A DNA stretch of 46,142 nt from a virus. The translations under genes were made by a program, and so were the position numbers. Of this stretch, positions 1-6,962 are shown piece after piece. Position 1 is the first letter of the stretch; each line of letters opens with the position of its first letter. The notes under the pieces are model-generated. The model saw only the letters and a list, made by a program, of their open reading frames with translations. It made no database searches and was not told the origin of the DNA. Where the stretch lies: positions 1 to 46,142 of IMG/VR virus record IMGVR_UViG_3300002461_000164, one strand, 5' to 3'.

Positions 1-94
1 CGTCCAGTCGTTCACAGCTTCTCGCAATGCCCGCAAGCCGGCCGCGCTGATCTTGCCGTAAAACGGCTTTCCCGTCGGCGAGAATAAGCCATCA
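1..94. repeat. Terminal direct repeat, left copy (exact copy of 46049..46142)
   Basis: Bases 1-94 (cgtccagtcgttcacagc...gagaataagccatca) recur base-for-base as the last 94 bases of the window. The repeat lies inside an open reading frame. Confidence 0.97.
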
Positions 95-234
95 TCGCGC
101 AACCGCTGAACGCAGCGGGCAAATGCGCCACCCATGCGGCGGACGTTTGCGCCTGGAGCATGCAAGAACGGTCCGCCGCGTTCATACCCGTTACGAAGCG
201 CGACGATCTGCGACGGTGTCAGTTTGCTTGTCAT
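1..234 (-). CDS. Hypothetical protein, N-terminal 78 codons of a junction-spanning gene. It continues at 46048..45914 once the repeat is collapsed (122 aa total).
   Basis: ATG at 234 sits 4 nt after a conserved leader carrying SD-like AGGGG. The frame (MTSKLTPSQIVALRNGYERGGPF...REAVNDWT) is open to base 1, and its codon phase is continuous with the open frame at the right end. Confidence 0.55.
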   Translation of the reverse strand, partial: MTSKLTPSQIVALRNGYERGGPFLHAPGANVRRMGGAFARCVQRLRDDGLFSPTGKPFYGKISAAGLRALREAVNDWT

Positions 235-238
235 GGCA

Positions 239-255
239 GCAACCCCTGTGTTGAT
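239..255 (-). promoter_or_regulatory. Conserved 17-nt leader ATCAACACAGGGGTTGC (copy 2), containing an SD-like AGGGG
   Basis: Identical 17-mer to 458..474. It ends 4 nt before ATG 234 and is preceded by TAAATT. Confidence 0.5.
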
Positions 256-260
256 TAAAT

Positions 261-452
261 TTAATACCCTGGATAATAAACGGCGTTGTTAAGGCCGATA
301 CAATCACGGTTCTTTTCTTCGCAGCGGCGTAAAGCTTCCGTGCGCGCCTCATCCCGCGAACCGTATTTGCGATCATCGCCGAGAATGCGGTTGTCATAGG
401 TAATCATCCAAAGGTTTTCTGCTACAGGCTTAAATGAGATCGTAACGGCCAT
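261..452 (-). CDS. Hypothetical small protein (63 aa)
   Basis: ATG 452 sits 5 nt after the conserved leader and just downstream of promoter module A (MAVTISFKPVAENLWMITYDN...). The longer track ORF start at 482 would lie inside the promoter. Confidence 0.55.
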   Translation of the reverse strand: MAVTISFKPVAENLWMITYDNRILGDDRKYGSRDEARTEALRRCEEKNRDCIGLNNAVYYPGY

Positions 453-457
453 TTTGC

Positions 458-474
458 GCAACCCCTGTGTTGAT
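458..474 (-). promoter_or_regulatory. Conserved 17-nt leader ATCAACACAGGGGTTGC (copy 1)
   Basis: Identical to 239..255. It lies between the -10 of promoter module A and ATG 452. Confidence 0.5.
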
Positions 475-479
475 CCGCT

Positions 480-512
480 CAATTTAGTCGTTTGTTCCGC
501 ATTGTCAAGCGC
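480..512 (-). promoter_or_regulatory. Sigma70-like promoter module, copy A (GCGCTTGACAATGCGGAACAAACGACTAAATTG)
   Basis: Perfect -35 TTGACA (508..503), a 16-nt spacer and -10 TAAATT (486..481). The 33 nt are identical to 13394..13426, and 29 nt are identical to 14458..14486. Confidence 0.65.
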
Positions 513-536
513 AAAAAAGCCCGGCTCGCGCCGGGC
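513..536 (-). terminator. Rho-independent terminator ending the packaging/portal/MuF transcription unit
   Basis: The minus-strand RNA reads GCCCGGC-GCGA-GCCGGGC followed by UUUUUU. It immediately precedes promoter module A. Confidence 0.8.
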
Positions 537-630
537 CGATCTGGTCAGTACGGCGCGGACAGATCGCTTTCGCGGACCTTGTCGGCGAGTTCACGAGCCT
601 GTCGGATTGCTTCCTGTGTCGTGCGGCGCA

Positions 631-1521
631 TCACTTCCGGATCGATACCGTACGGGTTCGGATCGACGTCCGGCGCGCTTGTCGCAGCGATCGAAGCGGC
701 GGACGTCGCCGAGAAAGCCGCAGCGGTTGCTCGCCGAACGTGATGATCCCTTGCGCCACGCATCGGCATTGGATCGGCTGACCGGGCGGCAAGCCATCTT
801 CGGCGTCCGTCGGTTGTCCCCATTTGTAGACCTTGCCGTTGCAATCCTGGTGGCGAGGCCGAACGCGTTCATCCCTGGACGTCAGCCACCCATATTCATC
901 GATCCCGGCTTGTTCCTGCCTGATGCGCGTAAGGTCCGACGTCAGCTTGCCGACCTGATCGCGGGCGATCAACTGCGCTCGACTGTCCGCCACGTTGAAC
1001 CGATCCATCAATTCGGCTTTGAGCGTGGCGACGGAATTGCCGGCAAGCTGATTCTTGATAACGATTTGCTCGACCTGTTTGACCACGTCGTCAGAAAGCG
1101 ATTTGATCAGCCCGGTATTTCGAGCGTTCGCAAGCCGCAGATATTCGCCCAAATCTTCCTGATTAACGACGGCCGAAATGTCGATCCCGAGAACGCGTTT
1201 CGCTTGCGCCATGAAGTCGTCAGTGTGCCGGGCGGACTCGAGCGCCAGAATGTTCCCGACCATGTCGCTCGCCGTCCTGGACAGTGCTGCGGCTAGCTGG
1301 CGCAACGTTTCCGTGTCGACGTCCTTCGTCACTCGCCGCTCGGCGGCATAAGCCGGAATGATCTGGTCACGGACGGCCGCGGCGATGGCGCGCAACATGC
1401 GGTTTAGCGCGATCTTGTAGTCGCGTTCCGTTCCCGATCGCGGAAACAAGCCGGGAAGCTTGACGCGACCCGGCCGGCGCCGCTTCCGTAAGACCAGATC
1501 GCCGATGCTGTAACGGATCAC
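631..1521 (-). CDS. Head morphogenesis protein, SPP1 gp7 / Mu F-like
   Basis: 296-aa ORF with RVRPRHQDCNGKVY...PPGQPIQCRCV, typical of the Phage_Mu_F domain. It has a 4-bp overlap with the portal gene. The Arg-rich last 32 codons look non-protein-like (see findings). Confidence 0.85.
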   Translation of the reverse strand: MIRYSIGDLVLRKRRRPGRVKLPGLFPRSGTERDYKIALNRMLRAIAAAVRDQIIPAYAAERRVTKDVDTETLRQLAAALSRTASDMVGNILALESARHTDDFMAQAKRVLGIDISAVVNQEDLGEYLRLANARNTGLIKSLSDDVVKQVEQIVIKNQLAGNSVATLKAELMDRFNVADSRAQLIARDQVGKLTSDLTRIRQEQAGIDEYGWLTSRDERVRPRHQDCNGKVYKWGQPTDAEDGLPPGQPIQCRCVAQGIITFGEQPLRLSRRRPPLRSLRQARRTSIRTRTVSIRK

Positions 1522-3296
1522 GGTTTAAGGTTCTCGAAAATTTCCGGCCCGAGCAAAATTTCGCCCTGGTACGGTCGGATATTCTCCAGGTCGTTGCGCG
1601 CCAGATCGTAAGCGAACGTGATATGTGGTGAATATTCGTCATGGTCCGACGACGCGCCGCGTTCCCGCATTGTCGAGTTGCGCCATTCGAGTTCCGACGA
1701 TGCGAAGTGGATCACGATGGCACCTTTGCCGAATTGCTCGACCAGCCGCGGACCGCCCGCGGGAACCTTCATTTCACTTTCCCACGCCGCGCCCATCTTG
1801 AACCAATCGACCGGTTGCCGGGAATAAATGACGGTAACGTGCAAATCTTCCACAGGCACCGTCACGGCAAAGCCGGCGTCTTTTGCCCATGCGATGATTG
1901 CCGCGCCGTTCAGCACCTTGCGCGACACGTAAAGCGGGCGCGGTTCCATGTCCTTGAACACGGCGCGATCTGTCACGGGCGGCGTCTCCGGCGTCTCCAG
2001 TTCGACCGGCTCGACCGGTCCCGCTTCCGCAATAGCCGCCTCCAGGCCCGGCATAAGACCCAATTCGATGAACTGATTCGGCACAGTCTTTTCGAGTGCT
2101 TCCGCGTTGATCAAATTGGCAGTGACCAGAATATTTGCGGTCTCGGCGTATGTCTTGCCGATATCGGCCTTTTCTTTCGCGCTGATCTGCCACAGCGGCG
2201 CCCATTGGTAAAACATATCTCCCGGCACGGTCCCGAATGTCGACGCCTTCAAAACTTCGTCCAGCGCGTAAATTGACGGCGTGGTTTCGAGCGTCTGACT
2301 AGCCGAAACGGAATCGTAATAGTTCCGCAGATCGCTTTCACCCGTGGAATTCATGCCGCCCGGCGATTGCCCGAGAAAGCGCGTTGCGGGAATATCACAG
2401 GCGCCGCAGACGATTTCCATGAACGCCCGGATCAGTTCCGGCGTCTGTGCGAACGAAACGCCCTTGCGTTCATAGGTTTCGGCGGCATCCTTCAAAATCG
2501 AGCGGTTGATTGCCTTATTGGCGCCGACCAGCGCAAACCGCGACATTAGCCGCCGTTCATATGCCGGATCGGTCAGTTGTGAGAGGAAATTCGGCACGCC
2601 GAACACGTCAACGTTTGCTTCGAACACCAGCGACGCCACGTTTGCCGGGACACTGTCCGCGTTCATGATTGCGGACATGGCGGCGAGCAAAACCGAATCC
2701 CCCCATCCCTGATCTTGCCCGAACGTCAAGCGCGGCTCGGGATTCATGGCGCCGTCAAACAGGGCGAAACGCGACGCGTGAACGCGGTTCCCGTTGACCT
2801 GATAAAATTCCGGCTTGCCGAAGAATTCCGAGACCGGATCGTTGTCGATCGTGTCCGCCTTGACGTCGACCCTGGAAAGCGGCGTGATGTAGCGCAACCC
2901 GCCCTTCCCGATCCTCTTGACGTCCAGCGGCTTTTCGAGCGCAAGCGGATCGTTGCCGGCAATGTCCGACGTCCCGAGAAAGATTGCCGCGCCGCCGAAT
3001 AGCCGCGCCTTAACCCTCGCCTGGAGCATCTTGGCGCGCAAGTTCAGGCGGTTTTCTTCATCGGTCAGCCTGGAAATGTCCGACTTGTCCGCGCTCCAGT
3101 CGCGCCATGCGCGTACGCTATCGTATGCCGGAATGTTGACGATCTTCCGCGCGATCCACGATCCTCGATAAGCGTTCATCAACTGATGATCCGTCATCAC
3201 CGGGAACGTGTAATAGACCGACGCCGCCTTGTCCCGTGCCGGATCGCCGAGCGCGCCTAGAACCGATGCGAGGCCGTCATTTACGCTTTTTTGCAT
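1518..3296 (-). CDS. Portal protein (DUF1073-type) with a C-terminal 2H phosphoesterase (Acb1/LigT-like) domain
   Basis: Large ORF between terL and MuF with a portal-like N-terminal ~440 aa and a Pro/Glu linker. The last ~138 aa carry two HxT motifs (LHVTVIYS and PHITFAY) about 75 aa apart. The alternative start at 3323 lacks an SD; ATG 3296 has AAGGG upstream. Confidence 0.85.
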   Translation of the reverse strand: MQKSVNDGLASVLGALGDPARDKAASVYYTFPVMTDHQLMNAYRGSWIARKIVNIPAYDSVRAWRDWSADKSDISRLTDEENRLNLRAKMLQARVKARLFGGAAIFLGTSDIAGNDPLALEKPLDVKRIGKGGLRYITPLSRVDVKADTIDNDPVSEFFGKPEFYQVNGNRVHASRFALFDGAMNPEPRLTFGQDQGWGDSVLLAAMSAIMNADSVPANVASLVFEANVDVFGVPNFLSQLTDPAYERRLMSRFALVGANKAINRSILKDAAETYERKGVSFAQTPELIRAFMEIVCGACDIPATRFLGQSPGGMNSTGESDLRNYYDSVSASQTLETTPSIYALDEVLKASTFGTVPGDMFYQWAPLWQISAKEKADIGKTYAETANILVTANLINAEALEKTVPNQFIELGLMPGLEAAIAEAGPVEPVELETPETPPVTDRAVFKDMEPRPLYVSRKVLNGAAIIAWAKDAGFAVTVPVEDLHVTVIYSRQPVDWFKMGAAWESEMKVPAGGPRLVEQFGKGAIVIHFASSELEWRNSTMRERGASSDHDEYSPHITFAYDLARNDLENIRPYQGEILLGPEIFENLKP

Positions 3297-3450
3297 TGTC
3301 TCGCGCCCTTTTGTCGGCTGCATCGTGGAGTTGTTCGGCTAGGTGTTTCGTCAATGGTGCGACCGATAGCACGACACCCTTGACCACGCCATGCCGTTGA
3401 ACACTGGCGCCGAGCATCTTCCGACGTTCCGCGCAACTCTTGCATGTCAT
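3277..3450 (-). CDS. Hypothetical small basic protein (57 aa)
   Basis: ATGA overlap with the terL stop (3447..3450). Sequence MTCKSCAERRKMLGASVQRHG... with a Lys/Arg-rich tail. Confidence 0.6.
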   Translation of the reverse strand: MTCKSCAERRKMLGASVQRHGVVKGVVLSVAPLTKHLAEQLHDAADKRARDNAKKRK

Positions 3451-5159
3451 CCGAGCGATTCCGCCGTGTACAGGTTGACGATGGTTATAGGCCAAAACGC
3501 CATAACAATCGAGTCTGCCAAGTTCGGCGACTGCGTACCGTCGGGATTTTTATCGACAATGGTTTTAAGCGTTTTGGTCGAAAGCACAAACACCGCTTGG
3601 GAGAGTTCCGTTAAGATTTGCTCCAGTCGGTGCAAAGTAGACGGCAAGGAAAGCAGTTCACCCGGATCATACGTAATGCCTTCATACATTGCTCGAAACG
3701 TCCGCTCGGCGCGTCTTGCCAGTTGCCACCACGCTTGGGCTTTGATGTTCGCAAAATAATCTTCGTTGAGCGGCGTATTGATATCGTTCGGAATCAAATG
3801 CTGATCCGGATATAGCGGCGGCAACCCGGCGTTCCATGGCACGAACTGCATATGCGCCGGCATTATCTTTTCTTCGATCAGCCGGTTTGATTCAGCCTTC
3901 ACACCCGCGCCGACGCCGACACTGTCATAATTGATTTCGATCGGACCGAACGGCCGGAAGATGCCGACGGCTCGACGTGTCGTCTGTCCGGTATCGCCTT
4001 CACCCCAATGATCGGCCGCTTTCAGAATCGGACCCTTGCGAGCCGCAGCCGCGTTCTTGTCGCCACCTTCGTCCGCGACGTCCAGTGAGCCGAATAGCTT
4101 GCCTTCATCCGTAAAGCCCGGCCAATACCGCTCGGGCAAAATCGTCCCGTCCTGCAGCGTGCGAGCGGGTAGCATCCGCGGCAAATGAGCATCGACACAT
4201 GCCCGCGCCCATTCCGGTTTTATGATGACGCCTTCGATCGACGCCGCATAATCCCGATCGATTTCTTGCGCGAATAGGTGCAGCAATCCGTCATCAACCG
4301 CCTTCTGTCGCTTGCGGTCATACCATTCCTGCGTTTTCTCCGGATGGTCTCGCCAATCCATGATGAAAACGGCCGTCTTGTGCGGATCGATCGGAATTAG
4401 CCGGTTCCACACCACGCCATTTTTACGCTTGCGATGGAAGATATTCCCTGGACCGTTCACGCTCGAAATATCGACCTGGACACGGGTTGTTTCCGACAAC
4501 GCCGCCTCGATTTTCTCCGGCCGTTCGTAGTGCGCGCTTTCGTCCTTGAAATAGATCAGCTTGCGCCCGCCGCGGCCGATATTGTCGCCGGCTTCACCGG
4601 TAATAGACGCTCCCGTCTCCGGGTTGACGATCCGCATAAACGGCATGTGTTCGTCGGTCTTAAAGCCGATCGGCAAGAACTCGGGCGGCAACAGCCGAAT
4701 GATGATCCGCATTTTCTCAAAAATGGAATCCGGATCGCCGAGTTTGTCGACTAGCTGTTCCTTGCGCGATCCCCATCCGACCGATGAACCGTCCAGGAAT
4801 AGCCACAGCCAGACCGAAAACGCGCAACAATCCCATGTTGCGCCCATGTCACGGCATTTCTCGATTAGCGCGCTGGTCTCGACCGCAATTGCCTGCTGCA
4901 GGCAAAGGATCAAATCCTTTTGCTTCTGAAAAAGGACAAACGGCATTGTCGTTAGCTTGTCGCTCTTGCCGGCGTTCCGCGGATCGTACGTGCTGCACCA
5001 ATGCTCAATAAAATCGACTGGTCGCGTCGAATAGTAAGCTTTGGCCCCGACGATCAATGCCGGATTGGCGCGCATCTGGAGAATTTGCCGCTGGCGCCAC
5101 TCGAAAACCTGACGATAATCCGGAGGCCATGCGGGAAAAGCGGGAAAAGGGTTCTTCAT
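3447..5159 (-). CDS. terL: Terminase large subunit
   Basis: 570-aa ORF with a terminase-like N-terminal ATPase and C-terminal nuclease architecture (…TTMPFVLFQKQKDLI…, …FVMDWRDHPEKT…). It sits upstream of the portal and downstream of terS. Confidence 0.88.
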   Translation of the reverse strand: MKNPFPAFPAWPPDYRQVFEWRQRQILQMRANPALIVGAKAYYSTRPVDFIEHWCSTYDPRNAGKSDKLTTMPFVLFQKQKDLILCLQQAIAVETSALIEKCRDMGATWDCCAFSVWLWLFLDGSSVGWGSRKEQLVDKLGDPDSIFEKMRIIIRLLPPEFLPIGFKTDEHMPFMRIVNPETGASITGEAGDNIGRGGRKLIYFKDESAHYERPEKIEAALSETTRVQVDISSVNGPGNIFHRKRKNGVVWNRLIPIDPHKTAVFIMDWRDHPEKTQEWYDRKRQKAVDDGLLHLFAQEIDRDYAASIEGVIIKPEWARACVDAHLPRMLPARTLQDGTILPERYWPGFTDEGKLFGSLDVADEGGDKNAAAARKGPILKAADHWGEGDTGQTTRRAVGIFRPFGPIEINYDSVGVGAGVKAESNRLIEEKIMPAHMQFVPWNAGLPPLYPDQHLIPNDINTPLNEDYFANIKAQAWWQLARRAERTFRAMYEGITYDPGELLSLPSTLHRLEQILTELSQAVFVLSTKTLKTIVDKNPDGTQSPNLADSIVMAFWPITIVNLYTAESLG

Positions 5160-5161
5160 AC

Positions 5162-5196
5162 AAAAAGCGCCCGGTTATTAGCCGAGCGCCCTTTTT
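5162..5196 (-). terminator. Terminator-like hairpin abutting the terL start codon
   Basis: The minus-strand RNA reads AAAAAGGGCGCUCGG-CUAAUAA-CCGGGCGCUUUUUGU, then AUG of terL. The stem is 9 bp including G-U pairs. No SD lies between the hairpin and the ATG. Confidence 0.55.
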
Positions 5197-5214
5197 GCCT
5201 AGATATCGGCGTGA

Positions 5215-5526
5215 TCAGCGCGCGGCCGATCGCCCCGGATCGATGTGCAGGCGATCGTGGCGAATCATCAGCGCAAAGACCAGAAGCGAGCAGGTCACCG
5301 AAAGCGTGAACAGTGCCGCCAGAACGTGAAGGATCGGCGTCCAGGGGATTGCGGCGACGATCGCGCCGAGCGTCGAGACGTGAAGGATCAGCGTCCAGGG
5401 GATTGCGGATGCGGCGAGCGTCCAGGGAACCGGTTCGGCGAGGGCGACGGCGAGTGCCGGAAGGATCGGGGAAAGAAAAGCGATTGCGACGGCCGCAGCC
5501 GCCAGCAAGAAACTTCGTCGGGACAT
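5215..5526 (-). CDS. Small membrane protein with a twin-arginine-like signal and an internal repeat
   Basis: MSRRSFLLAAAAVAIAF... matches the S-R-R-x-F-L Tat motif. There are three hydrophobic segments and a repeated AIPWT(L/P)ILHV motif. GGAG lies 9 nt upstream of the ATG. Competing frames are Arg-rich and junk-like. Confidence 0.6.
   Translation of the reverse strand: MSRRSFLLAAAAVAIAFLSPILPALAVALAEPVPWTLAASAIPWTLILHVSTLGAIVAAIPWTPILHVLAALFTLSVTCSLLVFALMIRHDRLHIDPGRSAAR
5324..5408. repeat. 31-nt near-identical repeat pair (5324..5354 and 5378..5408, period 54 bp) inside the membrane-protein gene
   Basis: acgtgaaggatcGgcgtccaggggattgcgg versus acgtgaaggatcAgcgtccaggggattgcgg. A third partial copy (agcgtccaggg) follows. 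Confidence 0.9.
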
Positions 5527-5571
5527 GACCAGACTCCATTGTTGACAACGGTTCAGCCCATCACGATCCGG

Positions 5572-5844
5572 TCATTCTGTCAACTCGAATAGATGCCACA
5601 CGAGACCATCCGGCGCGAAAACCGTCTGCAGGTATTTGGCGCCATTGGGGACAGCGTCGCCCGTCCAGACGAATTCAAATTGCCGCGCAACTGGTGGCGC
5701 CTGGACGTCGACCAGAACCCACATGGTCACTACGCCGCCCGGTATGCCGACATGCAGAATTTGGGCGCCGGCCGGCATAGACAGAACATTGATTCCGCCA
5801 TCTTCCGTGGTCAGCCTGTATTTCCAAACAACACCCATAGTCAT
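5572..5844 (-). CDS. Hypothetical beta-rich protein (90 aa) common next to phage terminase genes
   Basis: TGATG one-base overlap with the terS stop. Sequence MTMGVVWKYRLTTEDGG...LVWHLFELTE. Confidence 0.7.
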   Translation of the reverse strand: MTMGVVWKYRLTTEDGGINVLSMPAGAQILHVGIPGGVVTMWVLVDVQAPPVARQFEFVWTGDAVPNGAKYLQTVFAPDGLVWHLFELTE

Positions 5845-6392
5845 CAGCCTGTCAATGTGGCGGCGTAAGCTTCTGCAGCTTGGCGCGGCGTCATGTCCGT
5901 TGTGATCATCGTTAGCGGCCTTCCGCCTGGTCCGGATAGTTCGTGCTTATCAACGAACATCCCGAGATATTTGCCGATCGCCATCCGAGCCGCAACGGAA
6001 TCATGAAACTCGACTTGCGGTCCGTACTTGGTGAATTTGATAGCCTTGACCGCGGCGCGCATGTCTTCCGTCATCTTGTCGCGCGAAACGATACCGCAGA
6101 TTTTCCCGGTCTCCGAATCATACTCGAAAAAGTCGAGCGGCGAGGCATCGGCAATCGCGCGAAGGCCGTCTAGAACCTTGTCAACAGAGACGTCGACCAG
6201 TCCCGCCGAGCGGAACCGCGCCTCTTTTATCAACGCCTGAACGCGAATGTCGTCCAGGTACTTTGACGCCGTCTGATGGCAGATGCCAGCACGATCCGCA
6301 GCCGCGCCGACGCGGAAATCGACTAGATATTCCTCGGCGAATCGGCGTGCTTTGTCAGCTAACGGGATGATTTCGTTCATTTTGAAATTCAC
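5844..6392 (-). CDS. terS: Terminase small subunit
   Basis: LADKARRFAEEYLVDFRVGAAADRAGICHQTASKYLDDIRVQALI matches the N-terminal HTH region of Terminase_2-type small subunits. It lies upstream of terL. Confidence 0.8.
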   Translation of the reverse strand: MNFKMNEIIPLADKARRFAEEYLVDFRVGAAADRAGICHQTASKYLDDIRVQALIKEARFRSAGLVDVSVDKVLDGLRAIADASPLDFFEYDSETGKICGIVSRDKMTEDMRAAVKAIKFTKYGPQVEFHDSVAARMAIGKYLGMFVDKHELSGPGGRPLTMITTDMTPRQAAEAYAATLTG

Positions 6393-6543
6393 TCATAAGG
6401 ATAACAGCCGCAGCGATCTTTTTCGGATCATGCCCGGCGTTCAGTCTATCATGTAAGAACTCGATATCCCACACAACGTCACTCGATTTGACCGCGTTCC
6501 GAATCACTTCCGGCAACTGGTCGAATTTCTCGATATCGGTCAT
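6355..6543 (-). CDS. Hypothetical protein (62 aa)
   Basis: ATGA overlap with the upstream regulator gene at 6540..6543. Sequence MTDIEKFDQLPEVIRNAVKSSD... Confidence 0.55.
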   Translation of the reverse strand: MTDIEKFDQLPEVIRNAVKSSDVVWDIEFLHDRLNAGHDPKKIAAAVILMSEFQNERNHPVS

Positions 6544-6962
6544 GCGCTTTCCGCCTTGTAGCGCCGATCGACGCCGGCATTGAAATCCTTTGGTCGAAAG
6601 CCGCAATGAGCGATCCACACCAAGGCGCGTTCGGTCGTGGAATCGAGTTCCCGGCCTTCATTCTCCCAATAGCGGACGGCGCGCGACGTTTGGTTAAGCA
6701 CGCGCCCGAGACCAGCTTGTGACAACCCTAGCCGCTGGCGTACCGCGGCGACGTTGTCAATCGTCCTGGTGGCGGCATCTGCAGGCGGACGCCATCCGGC
6801 CTTAAGCCATTCCATCATCCGCAGCACTACCCGGCTCGGACCGTCGACAGTGGCAGGGTGGTCGCCTTCCCATCGCTTCAAACGGTAAAGCGACACGCCG
6901 AGAATGTCGGCGAGTTCGTCTTGTGTCATGCCTAACGCAAGGCGATCATCTTTGATGGTCAT
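6540..6962 (-). CDS. Transcriptional regulator with two XRE-type HTH modules
   Basis: LALGMTQDELADILGVSLYRLKRWE and RQRLGLSQAGLGRVLNQTSRAVRYWE are two HTH_XRE-like segments. ATGA overlap with the upstream gene at 6959..6962. Confidence 0.75.
   Translation of the reverse strand: MTIKDDRLALGMTQDELADILGVSLYRLKRWEGDHPATVDGPSRVVLRMMEWLKAGWRPPADAATRTIDNVAAVRQRLGLSQAGLGRVLNQTSRAVRYWENEGRELDSTTERALVWIAHCGFRPKDFNAGVDRRYKAESA

Noticed and set aside
191-397. 68-aa minus-strand ORF overlapping both small leftward genes
   Set aside because: It is out of frame with two ORFs that each have the conserved leader and SD. Its sequence (…RGMRRARKLYAAAKKR…) looks like frame-shifted coding DNA.
454-1296. Long plus-strand ORF (280 aa) and other ORFs overlapping the MuF-like gene
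   Set aside because: It is Arg/Pro-rich and low-complexity, has no RBS, and lies antisense to a gene with a recognisable Mu F motif. This is a typical shadow ORF in GC-rich DNA.
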